From the NCBI GenBank assembly GCA_003152105.1, contig PLZJ01000003.1:70899-134898 (forward strand): a stretch of DNA of 64,000 bases, given 5' to 3'. The notes beneath the pieces are model-generated. The model had not been told where the DNA came from, did not search any database, and worked only from the letters and a program-made list of their open reading frames with translations. The position numbers and the translations under genes were made by a program. This stretch comes from Candidatus Levyibacteriota bacterium (lineage in GTDB: Bacteria; Patescibacteriota; Microgenomatia; Levybacterales; UBA12049). Each line of letters begins with the position of its first letter. Position 1 is the stretch's first letter. Below are positions 47,861 through 57,924 of the stretch, in pieces.

Positions 47861-49411
47861 ATGAATTTATTTAAGCATTTTTCTTTTACCATACTACCTT
47901 ACTTATGTATCATACTAATTGGTCTTATCCTATATACGGCAACTATAAAAGGAGCAGTAGGAAATCCCAATGGACAAATACATCAACTTGGACTAGATCA
48001 ATCTGGTAAAGCTTTTGAACTGTCACCTGAGCGAGATCGTTATCTCTTAACATATGCCATGGCAACTACTGGGACAACGTCAATTCCAAAAGCAGTTGCT
48101 GATGCTAATTATTCTGATATTGGGTATTACGAGGGTAAATTCTATATTCTTTTCGCTCCAGGTATTTCAGTACTTGCGCTGCCTTTTTATCTGATTGGTG
48201 CACATTTTAATGTAGCACAAGTAGGAACATTTGCTGTTATTCCTCTTTTTACTATTTTAAGTCTTTTATTTTTATATAAAATTTCAAGAAAGGTATTCAA
48301 ATTACCGGTATGGTCTTCACTTATAGCACCACTTATTTTTGGATTTTCATCAACCTCCTGGAGCTATGCAACAACGCTTTATCAACATCAAGTAACAACA
48401 TTTTTGATCGTCTCTTCTTTTTATGCAGTGTATTTGTATAGACAAAAATATAAAAATGGATGGCTTCTTTCCTCGTATGTTTGGTTAGCTTTTGGTGTAG
48501 CCTGTTCAATTGATTATCCAAATCTTTTGCTTATGGGACCAGTTGTAATCTATTTACTTATCTCACAATTTTCAATTAAAAAAGTAAGAAATTCATTATC
48601 TTTTTCATTCCAAAAAACACTTTTTACTGTAATCTTTTTCTTAGCAATAGTGCTCGTTAATGCATGGTATAACCAAACACATTTTGGCAGTTGGAAACGG
48701 GTAAGCGGTGATTTAGTAAATTATAAAACTATACTTGAACAGCATTTATTAACAAGTAAAAAAGGGACAGCAAAACTTGCAACAATCGCGAAAAACAAAA
48801 GTGATACTGTTTCATTTTTCTCAGAAGATAATATTCCCTTTAGCTTTTATACCTTAACAACTAGCTTAGACAGGGGACTACTATTATATAGCCCAATCTT
48901 TGTCATTGCGTTTTTGGGCATATTAGCAATGCTTTCAGATCTCTCAACTGAAACTATAATATTATTTGGACTTATTGGCATAGATGTCTTTTTATACAGT
49001 AGTTGGGGAGATCCATGGGGAGGATGGGCATTTGGACCACGATATCTTATCCCTGCAATGGCAATACTTTCCTTATTTGCGGCAAAATGGGTAACTCTTG
49101 CAAAACACAATTTGATCCGAAGAATAATTACTTTTATACTTATGACTTACTCAATTGCTATTGCGCTTCTTGGGGTACTCACCTCAAATGCAATTCCTCC
49201 AAAAGTAGAAGCAGATTATTTGCATACTGGCTATAACTTTTTACAAAATGAAAAATACTTATTTCATAATCAAAGTAGTAGCTTTTTCTACAACACATTT
49301 TTACATCAAAGCGTAACTCTACCAATGTATTTTGCCTATATCTACATAGGCCTTCTTGTTATAACAGTAACTGTTTTATTCGTATTACCAATTTTTACAA
49401 AACATGAATAA
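47861..49411 (+). CDS. Polytopic membrane protein, probable GT-C-fold glycosyltransferase (PMT/ArnT-like)
   Basis: About 12 TM helices with extracytoplasmic loops. Start moved to the ATG at 47861, after the upstream stop at 47847. Confidence 0.55.
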   Translation: MNLFKHFSFTILPYLCIILIGLILYTATIKGAVGNPNGQIHQLGLDQSGKAFELSPERDRYLLTYAMATTGTTSIPKAVADANYSDIGYYEGKFYILFAPGISVLALPFYLIGAHFNVAQVGTFAVIPLFTILSLLFLYKISRKVFKLPVWSSLIAPLIFGFSSTSWSYATTLYQHQVTTFLIVSSFYAVYLYRQKYKNGWLLSSYVWLAFGVACSIDYPNLLLMGPVVIYLLISQFSIKKVRNSLSFSFQKTLFTVIFFLAIVLVNAWYNQTHFGSWKRVSGDLVNYKTILEQHLLTSKKGTAKLATIAKNKSDTVSFFSEDNIPFSFYTLTTSLDRGLLLYSPIFVIAFLGILAMLSDLSTETIILFGLIGIDVFLYSSWGDPWGGWAFGPRYLIPAMAILSLFAAKWVTLAKHNLIRRIITFILMTYSIAIALLGVLTSNAIPPKVEADYLHTGYNFLQNEKYLFHNQSSSFFYNTFLHQSVTLPMYFAYIYIGLLVITVTVLFVLPIFTKHE

Positions 49412-50990
49412 TATAACAATCTCATTACCAAAAATACCTTTTGTCGAAAACGTACTAACGAAACTCGAATTTGAAAAAATAATCGTTATACTTTCGTCAT
49501 TAATTTCACTGGCTTCAATAATCTATTACACTTTGCAAAATGAAATTCTCTCTTATGGAGATGCAGAATCACACATAAACATTGCAAAACGTGTTGTCGA
49601 CTCGTTGACGCCTGGTTTTGCACAACTTGGGGGCGTGTGGCTTCCATTACCACATTTACTTATGGTTCCTCTTGTTTGGTTTGATCCATTATGGAGAAGC
49701 GGACTTGGTGGATCAATAATTTCTGGTATTGCGTTTGTCGTATCCTGTTTATTTTTATATAAATTAACACTCTTTATTACAAAAAATAAAAACGCTTCCT
49801 TTTTTGCATTTCTAGTTTTTGCAACAAATCCAAATATACTCTATATGCAATCAACGCCAATGTCAGAACTAGTACTGCTTGTTTTCTTTTTATTGTCAAC
49901 GTATTATTTTATGAAATATATACAAAGCAAAGATTCAGTTTTCTACCTTGTCATTGCAGCATTCTTTGGTTTCTGTGCAGCGTTATCTCGATATGACGGA
50001 TGGTCACTTGTTTTATTTGAAGCGTTTTTACTTATCGTTTATCTTATTTCTAAAAAGGCATCATTTAGCAAAATACAGGGAAGAGTTATTATGTTTTCAA
50101 CACTCGCATTCTTTGCCATCGCTCTTTGGCTTGGATGGTGTTATTTAATTTTAGGTAATGCATTTTACTTTAGTACAAGCATCTATTCTGCGTCATCCCA
50201 ACAACATAACTGGTTAGGTAGAGGAGAACTTCCTGCGTATCATAATATCTTTGTTTCATTCCTTTATTACTTTGTCACTTCAATGGAAATAACTGGCGTA
50301 TTACTTTTTTTAACAACGGTAATTGCTATATTTCTCTTTATAAGAAATAAGGAAAAGAGAATACTTTTCTATGTATTATCACTTCTTTTTGTTCCGTTTT
50401 TATTCAACTGGGCAACACTCTTTTTAGGTGAATCTGTTATTTTCATACAATCATTAACGCCCATTTCTTTTGAATGGAGACTTTTCAATGTCAGATATGG
50501 ACTCATGATGATGCCTTATGTTGCGTTTATCTTAGGATATCTCTATTTCAAAGCAAACGCCAAGGGTAAAGCATTTCTTGTTGGGTTAACCATTTTTCAA
50601 CTCGCACTTTTCTTTGTAGGATATCAAAAAGTATTAACACTCTCTGATGCAACGGTCGGCCTTTCAGCATCTAGAAATCCAGATGCACAACTTTGGCTTA
50701 CAAAACATTACACAAAAGGACTTGTGCTACTTGATGATTATGCAAGAACAGTAAGTATTATAAAAAGTGGTATTCCAATGCAAGAAGTTATAAACGTTGG
50801 TACAAAACCATATTATACTGACTCTTTTATTACTCCTGAGAAATATGCAACATGGATCATATTACAGAGAAATGATGATGTATGGAACCACTTATACGAA
50901 ACACAACAAGAACAAAATCTTCTTTACACTTATTTTAATAAGGTATATACATCAAAAGAAATTTTGATATTTAAACGAATTGGCAGTTAA
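49404..50990 (+). CDS. GT-C-fold glycosyltransferase, GT39/GT83 (PMT/ArnT)-like
   Basis: First extracytoplasmic loop motif LSYGDAESHINIAKRV (the DE...Y/H...IA..M-type motif of PMT/ArnT). Multi-TM. ATGA overlap with the upstream gene. Confidence 0.65.
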   Translation: MNNITISLPKIPFVENVLTKLEFEKIIVILSSLISLASIIYYTLQNEILSYGDAESHINIAKRVVDSLTPGFAQLGGVWLPLPHLLMVPLVWFDPLWRSGLGGSIISGIAFVVSCLFLYKLTLFITKNKNASFFAFLVFATNPNILYMQSTPMSELVLLVFFLLSTYYFMKYIQSKDSVFYLVIAAFFGFCAALSRYDGWSLVLFEAFLLIVYLISKKASFSKIQGRVIMFSTLAFFAIALWLGWCYLILGNAFYFSTSIYSASSQQHNWLGRGELPAYHNIFVSFLYYFVTSMEITGVLLFLTTVIAIFLFIRNKEKRILFYVLSLLFVPFLFNWATLFLGESVIFIQSLTPISFEWRLFNVRYGLMMMPYVAFILGYLYFKANAKGKAFLVGLTIFQLALFFVGYQKVLTLSDATVGLSASRNPDAQLWLTKHYTKGLVLLDDYARTVSIIKSGIPMQEVINVGTKPYYTDSFITPEKYATWIILQRNDDVWNHLYETQQEQNLLYTYFNKVYTSKEILIFKRIGS

Positions 50991-51027
50991 TATAACTACT
51001 AGATATAATAAAGAGAGAACATGACTT

Positions 51028-52311
51028 ATGAAACTAACACATTTTCTAACGACTAAGTTTTTTCTTCTTACCTTGCTTACGCTATTTCTTTTTTGTGTTG
51101 GTGTTTTTGGAACAAACCTAGTACTTGGTACAGCAAAACCAACTAATGCTACATTTTGGAATTATCAATGTATTGATACAATGAAATCTTCTCGAGACAT
51201 GGCAAGATCAATGATGGGAAGCACAGGTGCGCAAAATCAAATAACAACACAGATAGTTGCCATTAAAAATCTTGGAGCAAACTGTGTCGCCATAGATACA
51301 CCATATGATTCAGAATTTTTACCAATACTTACTCTTTGGGTTACTACGGCAAGACAATATAACTTGCATATTTGGTTCAGAGGAAACTTTTCTTCCTGGG
51401 AAGGATGGTTTGATTATCCTACAAATATGACAACTCTTCAAAACTTACAAGACACGAAATCCTTTATCTTACGTAACCCACAACTGTTTCAAGATGGAGA
51501 TATTTTTACTGAAGCACCAGAAGCAGAAAATGGGGGACCATTTTTAAATAAAGAATCTTCTTCTATTGCGCCATATCGTCAGTTTTTAATTGATGAATAT
51601 CAAAACGAGAATGATGCGTTTTCTCAAATTCATAAATCAATAGTTACAAATTGGTTTTCAATGAGTGGGGGATGGGCAAAAGCAGTACTTGATAAACCAA
51701 CGATAGATGCAATCGGCGACAACGTAACCATAGATCACTATGTTAAATCACCAAGTGAAATGTGTGACTATATTTCATATTTCAACAATACCTTCCATAG
51801 TAAAGTAACGCTTGGAGAATTTGGTGCCCCAATACCAGATATTAATGGAGACATGACAGATGCGCAGCAAGCTGATTTTGTTTCCAAATTATTTACATGT
51901 TTATATCATGACAAGAATGATATTTCTGGAATTAATTATTGGGATATTATGTATGGCTCAACAGCCCTGCTTTCAGATAATGGTGCTGCAAAACCAGTTG
52001 ATCAGGTTATTAAAAATTACTATCTGCCTTATGTGGTAAACGGGAAAGTTAATAATGTTTTGGGTGAAGGAATTGCAAATGCTACGGTTACCTCACAGGA
52101 CGGATTAAATAGTACACAAACAAATCAAAATGGAGATTTTGAATTGCCAGTTGCTAGAAACACACAAAGCATATCTGTTACTTCGCCAAATTACTTTAAC
52201 CAAGAAGCAAGCGTAATAAGTAATAATGCAGCGCCAATGCAAATAACGATGAAACGTCAAACAAATGACTTTTGGTATAATTTAGACCAATTTTTTCATC
52301 ATCTTTTTTAA
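51028..52311 (+). CDS. Secreted glycoside-hydrolase-like protein with a C-terminal carboxypeptidase-regulatory-like (CarbopepD_reg) domain
   Basis: Signal anchor. (beta/alpha)-barrel-like Trp/Glu-rich core. C-terminal VVNGKVNNVLGEGIANATVT...NGDFELPVA. Confidence 0.45.
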   Translation: MKLTHFLTTKFFLLTLLTLFLFCVGVFGTNLVLGTAKPTNATFWNYQCIDTMKSSRDMARSMMGSTGAQNQITTQIVAIKNLGANCVAIDTPYDSEFLPILTLWVTTARQYNLHIWFRGNFSSWEGWFDYPTNMTTLQNLQDTKSFILRNPQLFQDGDIFTEAPEAENGGPFLNKESSSIAPYRQFLIDEYQNENDAFSQIHKSIVTNWFSMSGGWAKAVLDKPTIDAIGDNVTIDHYVKSPSEMCDYISYFNNTFHSKVTLGEFGAPIPDINGDMTDAQQADFVSKLFTCLYHDKNDISGINYWDIMYGSTALLSDNGAAKPVDQVIKNYYLPYVVNGKVNNVLGEGIANATVTSQDGLNSTQTNQNGDFELPVARNTQSISVTSPNYFNQEASVISNNAAPMQITMKRQTNDFWYNLDQFFHHLF

Positions 52312-52481
52312 ACAAAACTACTTCTTTCTTAATTCTTACATAAGTTTCATATTTTTCTCATAGTAAAAATCTACTATATATACATGAGTAAGCAACAGGA
52401 GGAAAGAATAGAAAGAGTAGAATTAAAAAAGTATATTGCGATAAAAAGACACAAAGCAATAAGAAGGGAGGTGAGGAAAGC

Positions 52482-52736
52482 ATGGACATACTATTCATGA
52501 TTGTTCTTGGAGCAATTGCAGGATTTCTCGCCTCATATATTATGAAGAGTTCAACAGGTATTCTGATGGATATAATACTTGGAATAGTTGGCGCACTCGT
52601 TGGAGGCATGATATTTAATCTATTCGGACAAAGTGGTGTAACAGGATTTAATCTCTGGAGCATATTTGTCTCAGTAATAGGTGCTGTTGTAGTCATAGGA
52701 CTTGCACGCATGTTTACTGGCAGGAGTGTAGCATAA
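52482..52736 (+). CDS. GlsB/YeaQ/YmgE-family small membrane protein
   Basis: Gly-rich three-TM pattern MDILFMIVLGAIAGFLASYIM... Confidence 0.75.
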   Translation: MDILFMIVLGAIAGFLASYIMKSSTGILMDIILGIVGALVGGMIFNLFGQSGVTGFNLWSIFVSVIGAVVVIGLARMFTGRSVA

Positions 52737-52752
52737 TTAGACAATCATTAAG

Positions 52753-52786
52753 CCCCGTAGAGATTATCGGCTCTGCGGGGTTTTTT
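52753..52786 (+). terminator. Rho-independent terminator
   Basis: CCCCGTAGAG-ATTATCGG-CTCTGCGGGG followed by TTTTTT. Confidence 0.7.
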
Positions 52787-52800
52787 GTGTAAAAATGTGG

Positions 52801-53016
52801 TTAATATGAAGAAGGAGTAGTTACTGAGGATTGAACTTTTAACTGATTCATATCTGTTTGATATAAATACCAGATTGCACAGTATATGGCAAGAAGTAGA
52901 AGAACAAGTACGACAACAATAACAAGCGCATGTTTTGCCAATGGGGAATGGTGTGTTTTGTAATTTGCGTCTCTATGAAAAGAGGTGAGTTGTGTTGTTT
53001 TTTGATTTTCTTCCAT
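52801..53016 (-). CDS. Small membrane protein (71 aa)
   Basis: Single TM helix. Confidence 0.4.
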   Translation of the reverse strand: MEENQKTTQLTSFHRDANYKTHHSPLAKHALVIVVVLVLLLLAIYCAIWYLYQTDMNQLKVQSSVTTPSSY

Positions 53017-53064
53017 ATAGTTACCATACCACTTCTCCTTAAAAAGTAAAAGAGTGAAATAGTA

Positions 53065-53319
53065 CTATGATGTTATTCTAGTCTTCGCAAGTTCTATTAC
53101 TAAGTACATTCCTGCTTTTGAAATATCTCGTTGCTCAATATATAACCTAAAGCGCGCTTGAATCCCAATATCGGGGAGCTTAATGTCTCCAAACGTATCT
53201 TCTTTAATAGTTGCGGGGATATGTGCTTTTTGCAAAATAGCCTTTGCCAAAAGCGCTTGTTCTTTTGTTTTAAATATTCTAATGCACCGTGGTCTTTGCA
53301 TACATATAGTATACCCCAA
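53065..53319 (-). CDS. Small protein, possibly DUF2007-like
   Basis: Weak family resemblance only. Confidence 0.4.
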   Translation of the reverse strand: MGYTICMQRPRCIRIFKTKEQALLAKAILQKAHIPATIKEDTFGDIKLPDIGIQARFRLYIEQRDISKAGMYLVIELAKTRITS

Positions 53320-53372
53320 GTGTCAAATCAAAGGTAGTCGATTAGACCGCAAGTATGATATAATCACTGAAG

Positions 53373-53885
53373 ATGTCAGAAAGAGATCAAGGAATACACC
53401 ACGCCCCAAGCATTGCAGAAGCAGAAGTTTTTTTCACTTCTTATTTACAAGGAAACCCCAATTTTTCATTACCTGAAGCAAGAAGTGTTTATCAAAGTGC
53501 CATTCGATCTATAATACAAAAAGAGCGAAAAAGTTTTTATCCCGATATTGTAGGGTATTGGAAACAAAATGCAAAACTTGTTGCCCCAGCAGTTGCAATG
53601 GAGCTTGACCCCGAAACTGGTGAAAATGGAATATCAGCGCTTTGGATTGAACAACACAAAGATTCGGTCGTTGGAAAAAATGTAGCAGAGAAAGTTTCGG
53701 AAATTCATGCAGATCCACAATTTATCATTGATTTTACCGATATACGCCCACATCTTTTTATTGATGCTCCAGATCAAACAGAAAAAATTCTTAGTACCGC
53801 AACACTGCTTGGGCAGCTTGGTTATCATGTCGATGTAACGCCAGACGGAGATATTTTCTACAAAAAAGAAGAACTACGATCATAA
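53373..53885 (+). CDS. Hypothetical protein (170 aa)
   Basis: ORF track only. Confidence 0.5.
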   Translation: MSERDQGIHHAPSIAEAEVFFTSYLQGNPNFSLPEARSVYQSAIRSIIQKERKSFYPDIVGYWKQNAKLVAPAVAMELDPETGENGISALWIEQHKDSVVGKNVAEKVSEIHADPQFIIDFTDIRPHLFIDAPDQTEKILSTATLLGQLGYHVDVTPDGDIFYKKEELRS

Positions 53886-53896
53886 GTATCCCTCAA

Positions 53897-54763
53897 TTAT
53901 TCATGTAATGTACTTTTCTGTTCAATATGTTTTGGCGCATGCAATGGTGCGTGATACGTGTGTGGAAAAAATCTATGACCCCAGGTAATTGATATAAAAT
54001 AGGTAAGTGAAGCAAGTGTTGCAATATAAAAACTTACGGGAAATTGTCCAAATAAAGCAAGCAGTAATCCTCCCCATGTAAAAAATAAAGATAACACTAC
54101 TGAAATAAGTATGGCGGAGGAAGGTTTTTTTGTAATATGCTGTGCTGCTGCTGCTGGTGCAATAAGTAGAGCAAAGATAAGTAAAATACCAACAACTTGA
54201 ATTGCTTCGGCAATGGTAACTGCTAAAAGCAACATAAAGACAATGGAAAGCAACGAAACAGGAACTCCACGTGCTTGTGCTACTTCTGGATCAATTGAAG
54301 AAAAGAGTAATGGTCTATAGAGAAATGCGAGAATACAAAGTATAACAATACCAAAAATTAAGGTAAGTAAAACATCAAACCCGGTAACGCTGAGTATCGA
54401 TCCAAATAATACTCCTATTGCCTCAGTTGAAGAGCTCGTATATAAATGTAGGAATAATACGCCAAGACCTAGTGCAAATGACAATATCATTCCAACTTCA
54501 ATATCTCTTCCTTGTAATCGTTTCCCAAGTGCACCCATAGAAAAAGCTGCAATAAGTGTAAAGATAATCATGCCAAGAAGTGAACTTACACCAAGAAGTG
54601 CGGCGCCTGTGGCTCCTGCAAACCCAATATCAGTTAAAGATTCAGCGGCAAAAGACTGAGCGCGAAGTACAACAAAATATCCTACAATTGCCGAAACAAT
54701 CCCAATAATGGTTCCTGCCAAAAAAGCGTTTTGTATAAATGCTTGATGCAAAAGTGTTATCAT
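53897..54763 (-). CDS. ABC-3 family metal ABC transporter permease (ZnuB/MntB-like)
   Basis: 8-TM permease paralogous to the next gene. 4-nt overlap. Confidence 0.85.
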   Translation of the reverse strand: MITLLHQAFIQNAFLAGTIIGIVSAIVGYFVVLRAQSFAAESLTDIGFAGATGAALLGVSSLLGMIIFTLIAAFSMGALGKRLQGRDIEVGMILSFALGLGVLFLHLYTSSSTEAIGVLFGSILSVTGFDVLLTLIFGIVILCILAFLYRPLLFSSIDPEVAQARGVPVSLLSIVFMLLLAVTIAEAIQVVGILLIFALLIAPAAAAQHITKKPSSAILISVVLSLFFTWGGLLLALFGQFPVSFYIATLASLTYFISITWGHRFFPHTYHAPLHAPKHIEQKSTLHE

Positions 54764-55575
54764 TTTTTCCCTCTCTTCCCATACTGGTTCGTATATAGTC
54801 GAATGGGAACATATATCCCAAATGAGAGTGCAGCAATATAAAAACTAACTGGAATAGTTGAAGTTAATGCAAAAAATATCCCAAGCCACGTATACAAAAC
54901 ACCAAGAATAATTGCTAACAGAATAGCTCTACTAGGTGAATGTACGATACGTATTGCCGTTGCTGGTGGCCCAACTAAAAGCGTGAATATGAGTAAAACA
55001 CCAACAACTTGCACTGCTACAGATACTGTAATTGCAACAAGTATAAGAAAAAGTATTGCCAAAAGCCTCACTGGCACGCCTCTTGCTTGTGCTACCTCAG
55101 GATCAAATGAAGAAAATAATAATGGTCTATACATTACCAAAAGAGCAGTAAATGTTATAAGACAAAATAAACAGGTTATTAAAACATCAAACCTCGTGAT
55201 ACCAAGAATTGTTCCAAATAAAATACTGTATGCTCGCTGTGCATATCCATTATAGAGAGACAGGAATAGAGAACCAAGCCCAAGCACAAATACCATTAAA
55301 ATACCAATCGTAATATCACGTTCACGGAGTTGTTTTCCTAAATACCCAATTGCAATGCCCGAGGTAACGGTAAAAAAAAGCAAACCAAATACTGGATCAA
55401 TACCAAGCACAAGTGCGCCCGCAGCTCCAGCAAATCCCATTTGAGACAATGCATGTCCAGCAAAAGTAAGTCCTCTTGCAAGCAAAAAATACCCAACAAA
55501 AGCTGCAATTACTGCAACAAGTGTACCTGCCAAAAAAGCGTTTTGCACAAAGGGATAGAGAAGAAGTGTTATCAT
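54760..55575 (-). CDS. ABC-3 family metal ABC transporter permease (ZnuB/MntB-like)
   Basis: 8-TM ABC-3 fold. Confidence 0.85.
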   Translation of the reverse strand: MITLLLYPFVQNAFLAGTLVAVIAAFVGYFLLARGLTFAGHALSQMGFAGAAGALVLGIDPVFGLLFFTVTSGIAIGYLGKQLRERDITIGILMVFVLGLGSLFLSLYNGYAQRAYSILFGTILGITRFDVLITCLFCLITFTALLVMYRPLLFSSFDPEVAQARGVPVRLLAILFLILVAITVSVAVQVVGVLLIFTLLVGPPATAIRIVHSPSRAILLAIILGVLYTWLGIFFALTSTIPVSFYIAALSFGIYVPIRLYTNQYGKRGKK

Positions 55576-55577
55576 AG

Positions 55578-56345
55578 CTATAGCTCTGCACCAACTACGA
55601 AAATACGATTTTTTGCTCTTATCACTTCAACGTCAGTTGCATAGAGCGTGGATAATGTTTTTGTCGTAATAACTTCATCTGGAACCCCAATTGCTGACTT
55701 ACCGTTTGCCATAAATATTACGCGGTCAACAAAAGGAAGTAGGGGATTAATATCATGAGAAACAAGAAGAATGGTTACTCCTCTGTCTTTAGAAAGTGAT
55801 ACAAGCAGCGATACGATTTCATTACTATGATTAATATCCAAATTTGACAAGGGTTCATCAAGAAGCAATATACGAGGGTCGGTAATAAGTGCCTGAGCTA
55901 TAAGTAATCGTTGCTGTTCTCCACCAGACAATCTTCCAACTGGAGTTGCGCTATACCTTTCCATATCTACTTCCGAAAGTGCTTTTTTTATTTTTTCAGT
56001 TCTTTTTTTGTTTGGCAATCCAAATCCCCATTTATTACCATCTAATCCAAACCCTACTACATCGCAGGCACGAAGCGCCAAATCTGTTTCCAATACTCTG
56101 TGTTGTGGTGCATAACCAATTTCATTATTTCCTTTTGTTGGCTTTTTCCCAAGAAGCGATATGCTTCCAGAAGTAGGGGTAAGTAAACCAAGAAGTAACT
56201 TAAGTAGCGTGCTTTTTCCCGCTCCGTTTGGTCCAAGAATTGCGATAAATTCACCTTGCGCAATTTCAAGCGTCACATCTGTTAGTATTGGTTTATCAGA
56301 AAGCCTAATGGAAAGGTTTTTAATTTCTATATGATTTTTTTCCAT
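55578..56345 (-). CDS. Metal ABC transporter ATP-binding protein (ZnuC-like)
   Basis: Walker A GPNGAGKST, signature LSGGEQQR, Walker B LLLDEP. Confidence 0.9.
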   Translation of the reverse strand: MEKNHIEIKNLSIRLSDKPILTDVTLEIAQGEFIAILGPNGAGKSTLLKLLLGLLTPTSGSISLLGKKPTKGNNEIGYAPQHRVLETDLALRACDVVGFGLDGNKWGFGLPNKKRTEKIKKALSEVDMERYSATPVGRLSGGEQQRLLIAQALITDPRILLLDEPLSNLDINHSNEIVSLLVSLSKDRGVTILLVSHDINPLLPFVDRVIFMANGKSAIGVPDEVITTKTLSTLYATDVEVIRAKNRIFVVGAEL

Positions 56346-56363
56346 AGTATAAGTATAGTATAT

Positions 56364-57266
56364 TTACTGTGAAGATAGTGAGCTCTCAAGCGTGTCTAGC
56401 TGTTGAAGCATCCAGTCCTGATACGAAGTGTTTTTAGGCATTGTTTCAGAAACAAATACGACTGGTATGTGTTGCTCTTTTGCTTCGTTTTCTAAATTGG
56501 TAGTAATTGGTGTAATTGTTTGACTATTTACGATTAGTATTTTTATTTGTTTTTGGATAACTTGCGTATTTGCTAAAGAAACACTCGATGCTAACGGATC
56601 ATTTCCTTCAGCAACCGCTTTTTCAAAATCAAAAGGAGTAAGTACTGAAAGCCCTTCTGGATTAGATTGATATAAGTATATTGTTTCAGTGAGTCCAACC
56701 GGTGTATTAGCAAATTTTGCTTTAATGTCATTTATTTTGTCTTTTATAGGAGATAGTGAGAGAAGAAATGTTTGCAAATTTTGGTCATATTCTTTGCTGT
56801 TTTGAGGATCAATCTTTTTAAGATGAGAAGTTATAGAAGCGGCGAATGAAGTAACATTATCAATGCCATACCACACGTGAGGATTATCTGGTAATTTGTG
56901 AGGAGCAATATTACCCATAATTAAAACAGTTCTCTTATTATTTGGGGACGCATTTACTAATTTATCCATCCATGAATCATATGATAATCCGTTTTCTATA
57001 ATCAAAGATGCATTCGCAACTGCTACTGCATCAGGAACGCTTGATTCATATTCATGTGGATCTGCATTTGGATCTGAGAGAATACTTTTTACAACTACAT
57101 GAGAACCTCCAAGTTGCTCTGCTATATCTCCGTAAAAATTTTCTGCAGCAACTATTTGAATATGTGACGTAGAAGGTGAAAGAGATTGTGAACTAGTAAG
57201 AAGAAAATAAATAATAAAGGCTATAACAGCGATACCTATAAAGATGCCAAAAATTCTCGTAAACAT
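56364..57266 (-). CDS. Metal ABC transporter substrate-binding protein (ZnuA/TroA-like)
   Basis: N-terminal anchor plus the cluster-9 SBP pattern. Metal-liganding His/Asp/Glu present. Confidence 0.8.
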   Translation of the reverse strand: MFTRIFGIFIGIAVIAFIIYFLLTSSQSLSPSTSHIQIVAAENFYGDIAEQLGGSHVVVKSILSDPNADPHEYESSVPDAVAVANASLIIENGLSYDSWMDKLVNASPNNKRTVLIMGNIAPHKLPDNPHVWYGIDNVTSFAASITSHLKKIDPQNSKEYDQNLQTFLLSLSPIKDKINDIKAKFANTPVGLTETIYLYQSNPEGLSVLTPFDFEKAVAEGNDPLASSVSLANTQVIQKQIKILIVNSQTITPITTNLENEAKEQHIPVVFVSETMPKNTSYQDWMLQQLDTLESSLSSQ

Positions 57267-57458
57267 GCTCTAAGTATAATGCAACTCAGATGCATTTGTC
57301 AAGTAGGGAAATTTATATTTGAAGAGCTCAGTTTTTCTTCAGCTACTTGTTGTATACTCTTATTATGAACATAATTACCGGTTCATTACTGCTACTCTTA
57401 TTAGGGACAGCTGGCATGGTACTTGTAAATGGTGGATAAAGAATAAGAAAAAAGTTAT

Positions 57459-57893
57459 TTAGGAACCGATATTTTCTTTTAGCAACTTTGAGCACTTTTC
57501 GCATAATCCATAAAACTCTAAGCTATGGCGCAAAATTCGAATGTGTTTTTTAGCTGATATTTCTTTTTCTAATGCTTCAATATTGCAATCTGATATATCC
57601 TCAATTGTTCCACAGTTATCACAAATGAAATGATGGTGATCGGTAGTAAATAGTTCATATCTTGCTTTCCCTTCCCCAAATTCAAGCTTACGAACAATAC
57701 CATGCTTTGTTAACACATTTAACATACGAAATACTGTCACTCGGTCAATGCCAAGTTTTTTCTCCAATTTCTCAACTAAAAACGCTGCGTCAACGGGTGT
57801 ATTTACTTGAGAAAGTAACGATAACAGTTCTCGTCTTGCACTAGTTGATTTTAAATGATGACCGGATAATGTTTTGACAATGTCTTTTTGCAT
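57459..57893 (-). CDS. Fur-family transcriptional regulator (Zur-like)
   Basis: Winged helix plus HHHFIC..C and CEKC metal sites. Sits directly upstream of the metal ABC operon. Confidence 0.85.
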   Translation of the reverse strand: MQKDIVKTLSGHHLKSTSARRELLSLLSQVNTPVDAAFLVEKLEKKLGIDRVTVFRMLNVLTKHGIVRKLEFGEGKARYELFTTDHHHFICDNCGTIEDISDCNIEALEKEISAKKHIRILRHSLEFYGLCEKCSKLLKENIGS

Positions 57894-57924
57894 GCACCTA
57901 TTATACCACCACGCTTATAAATAA

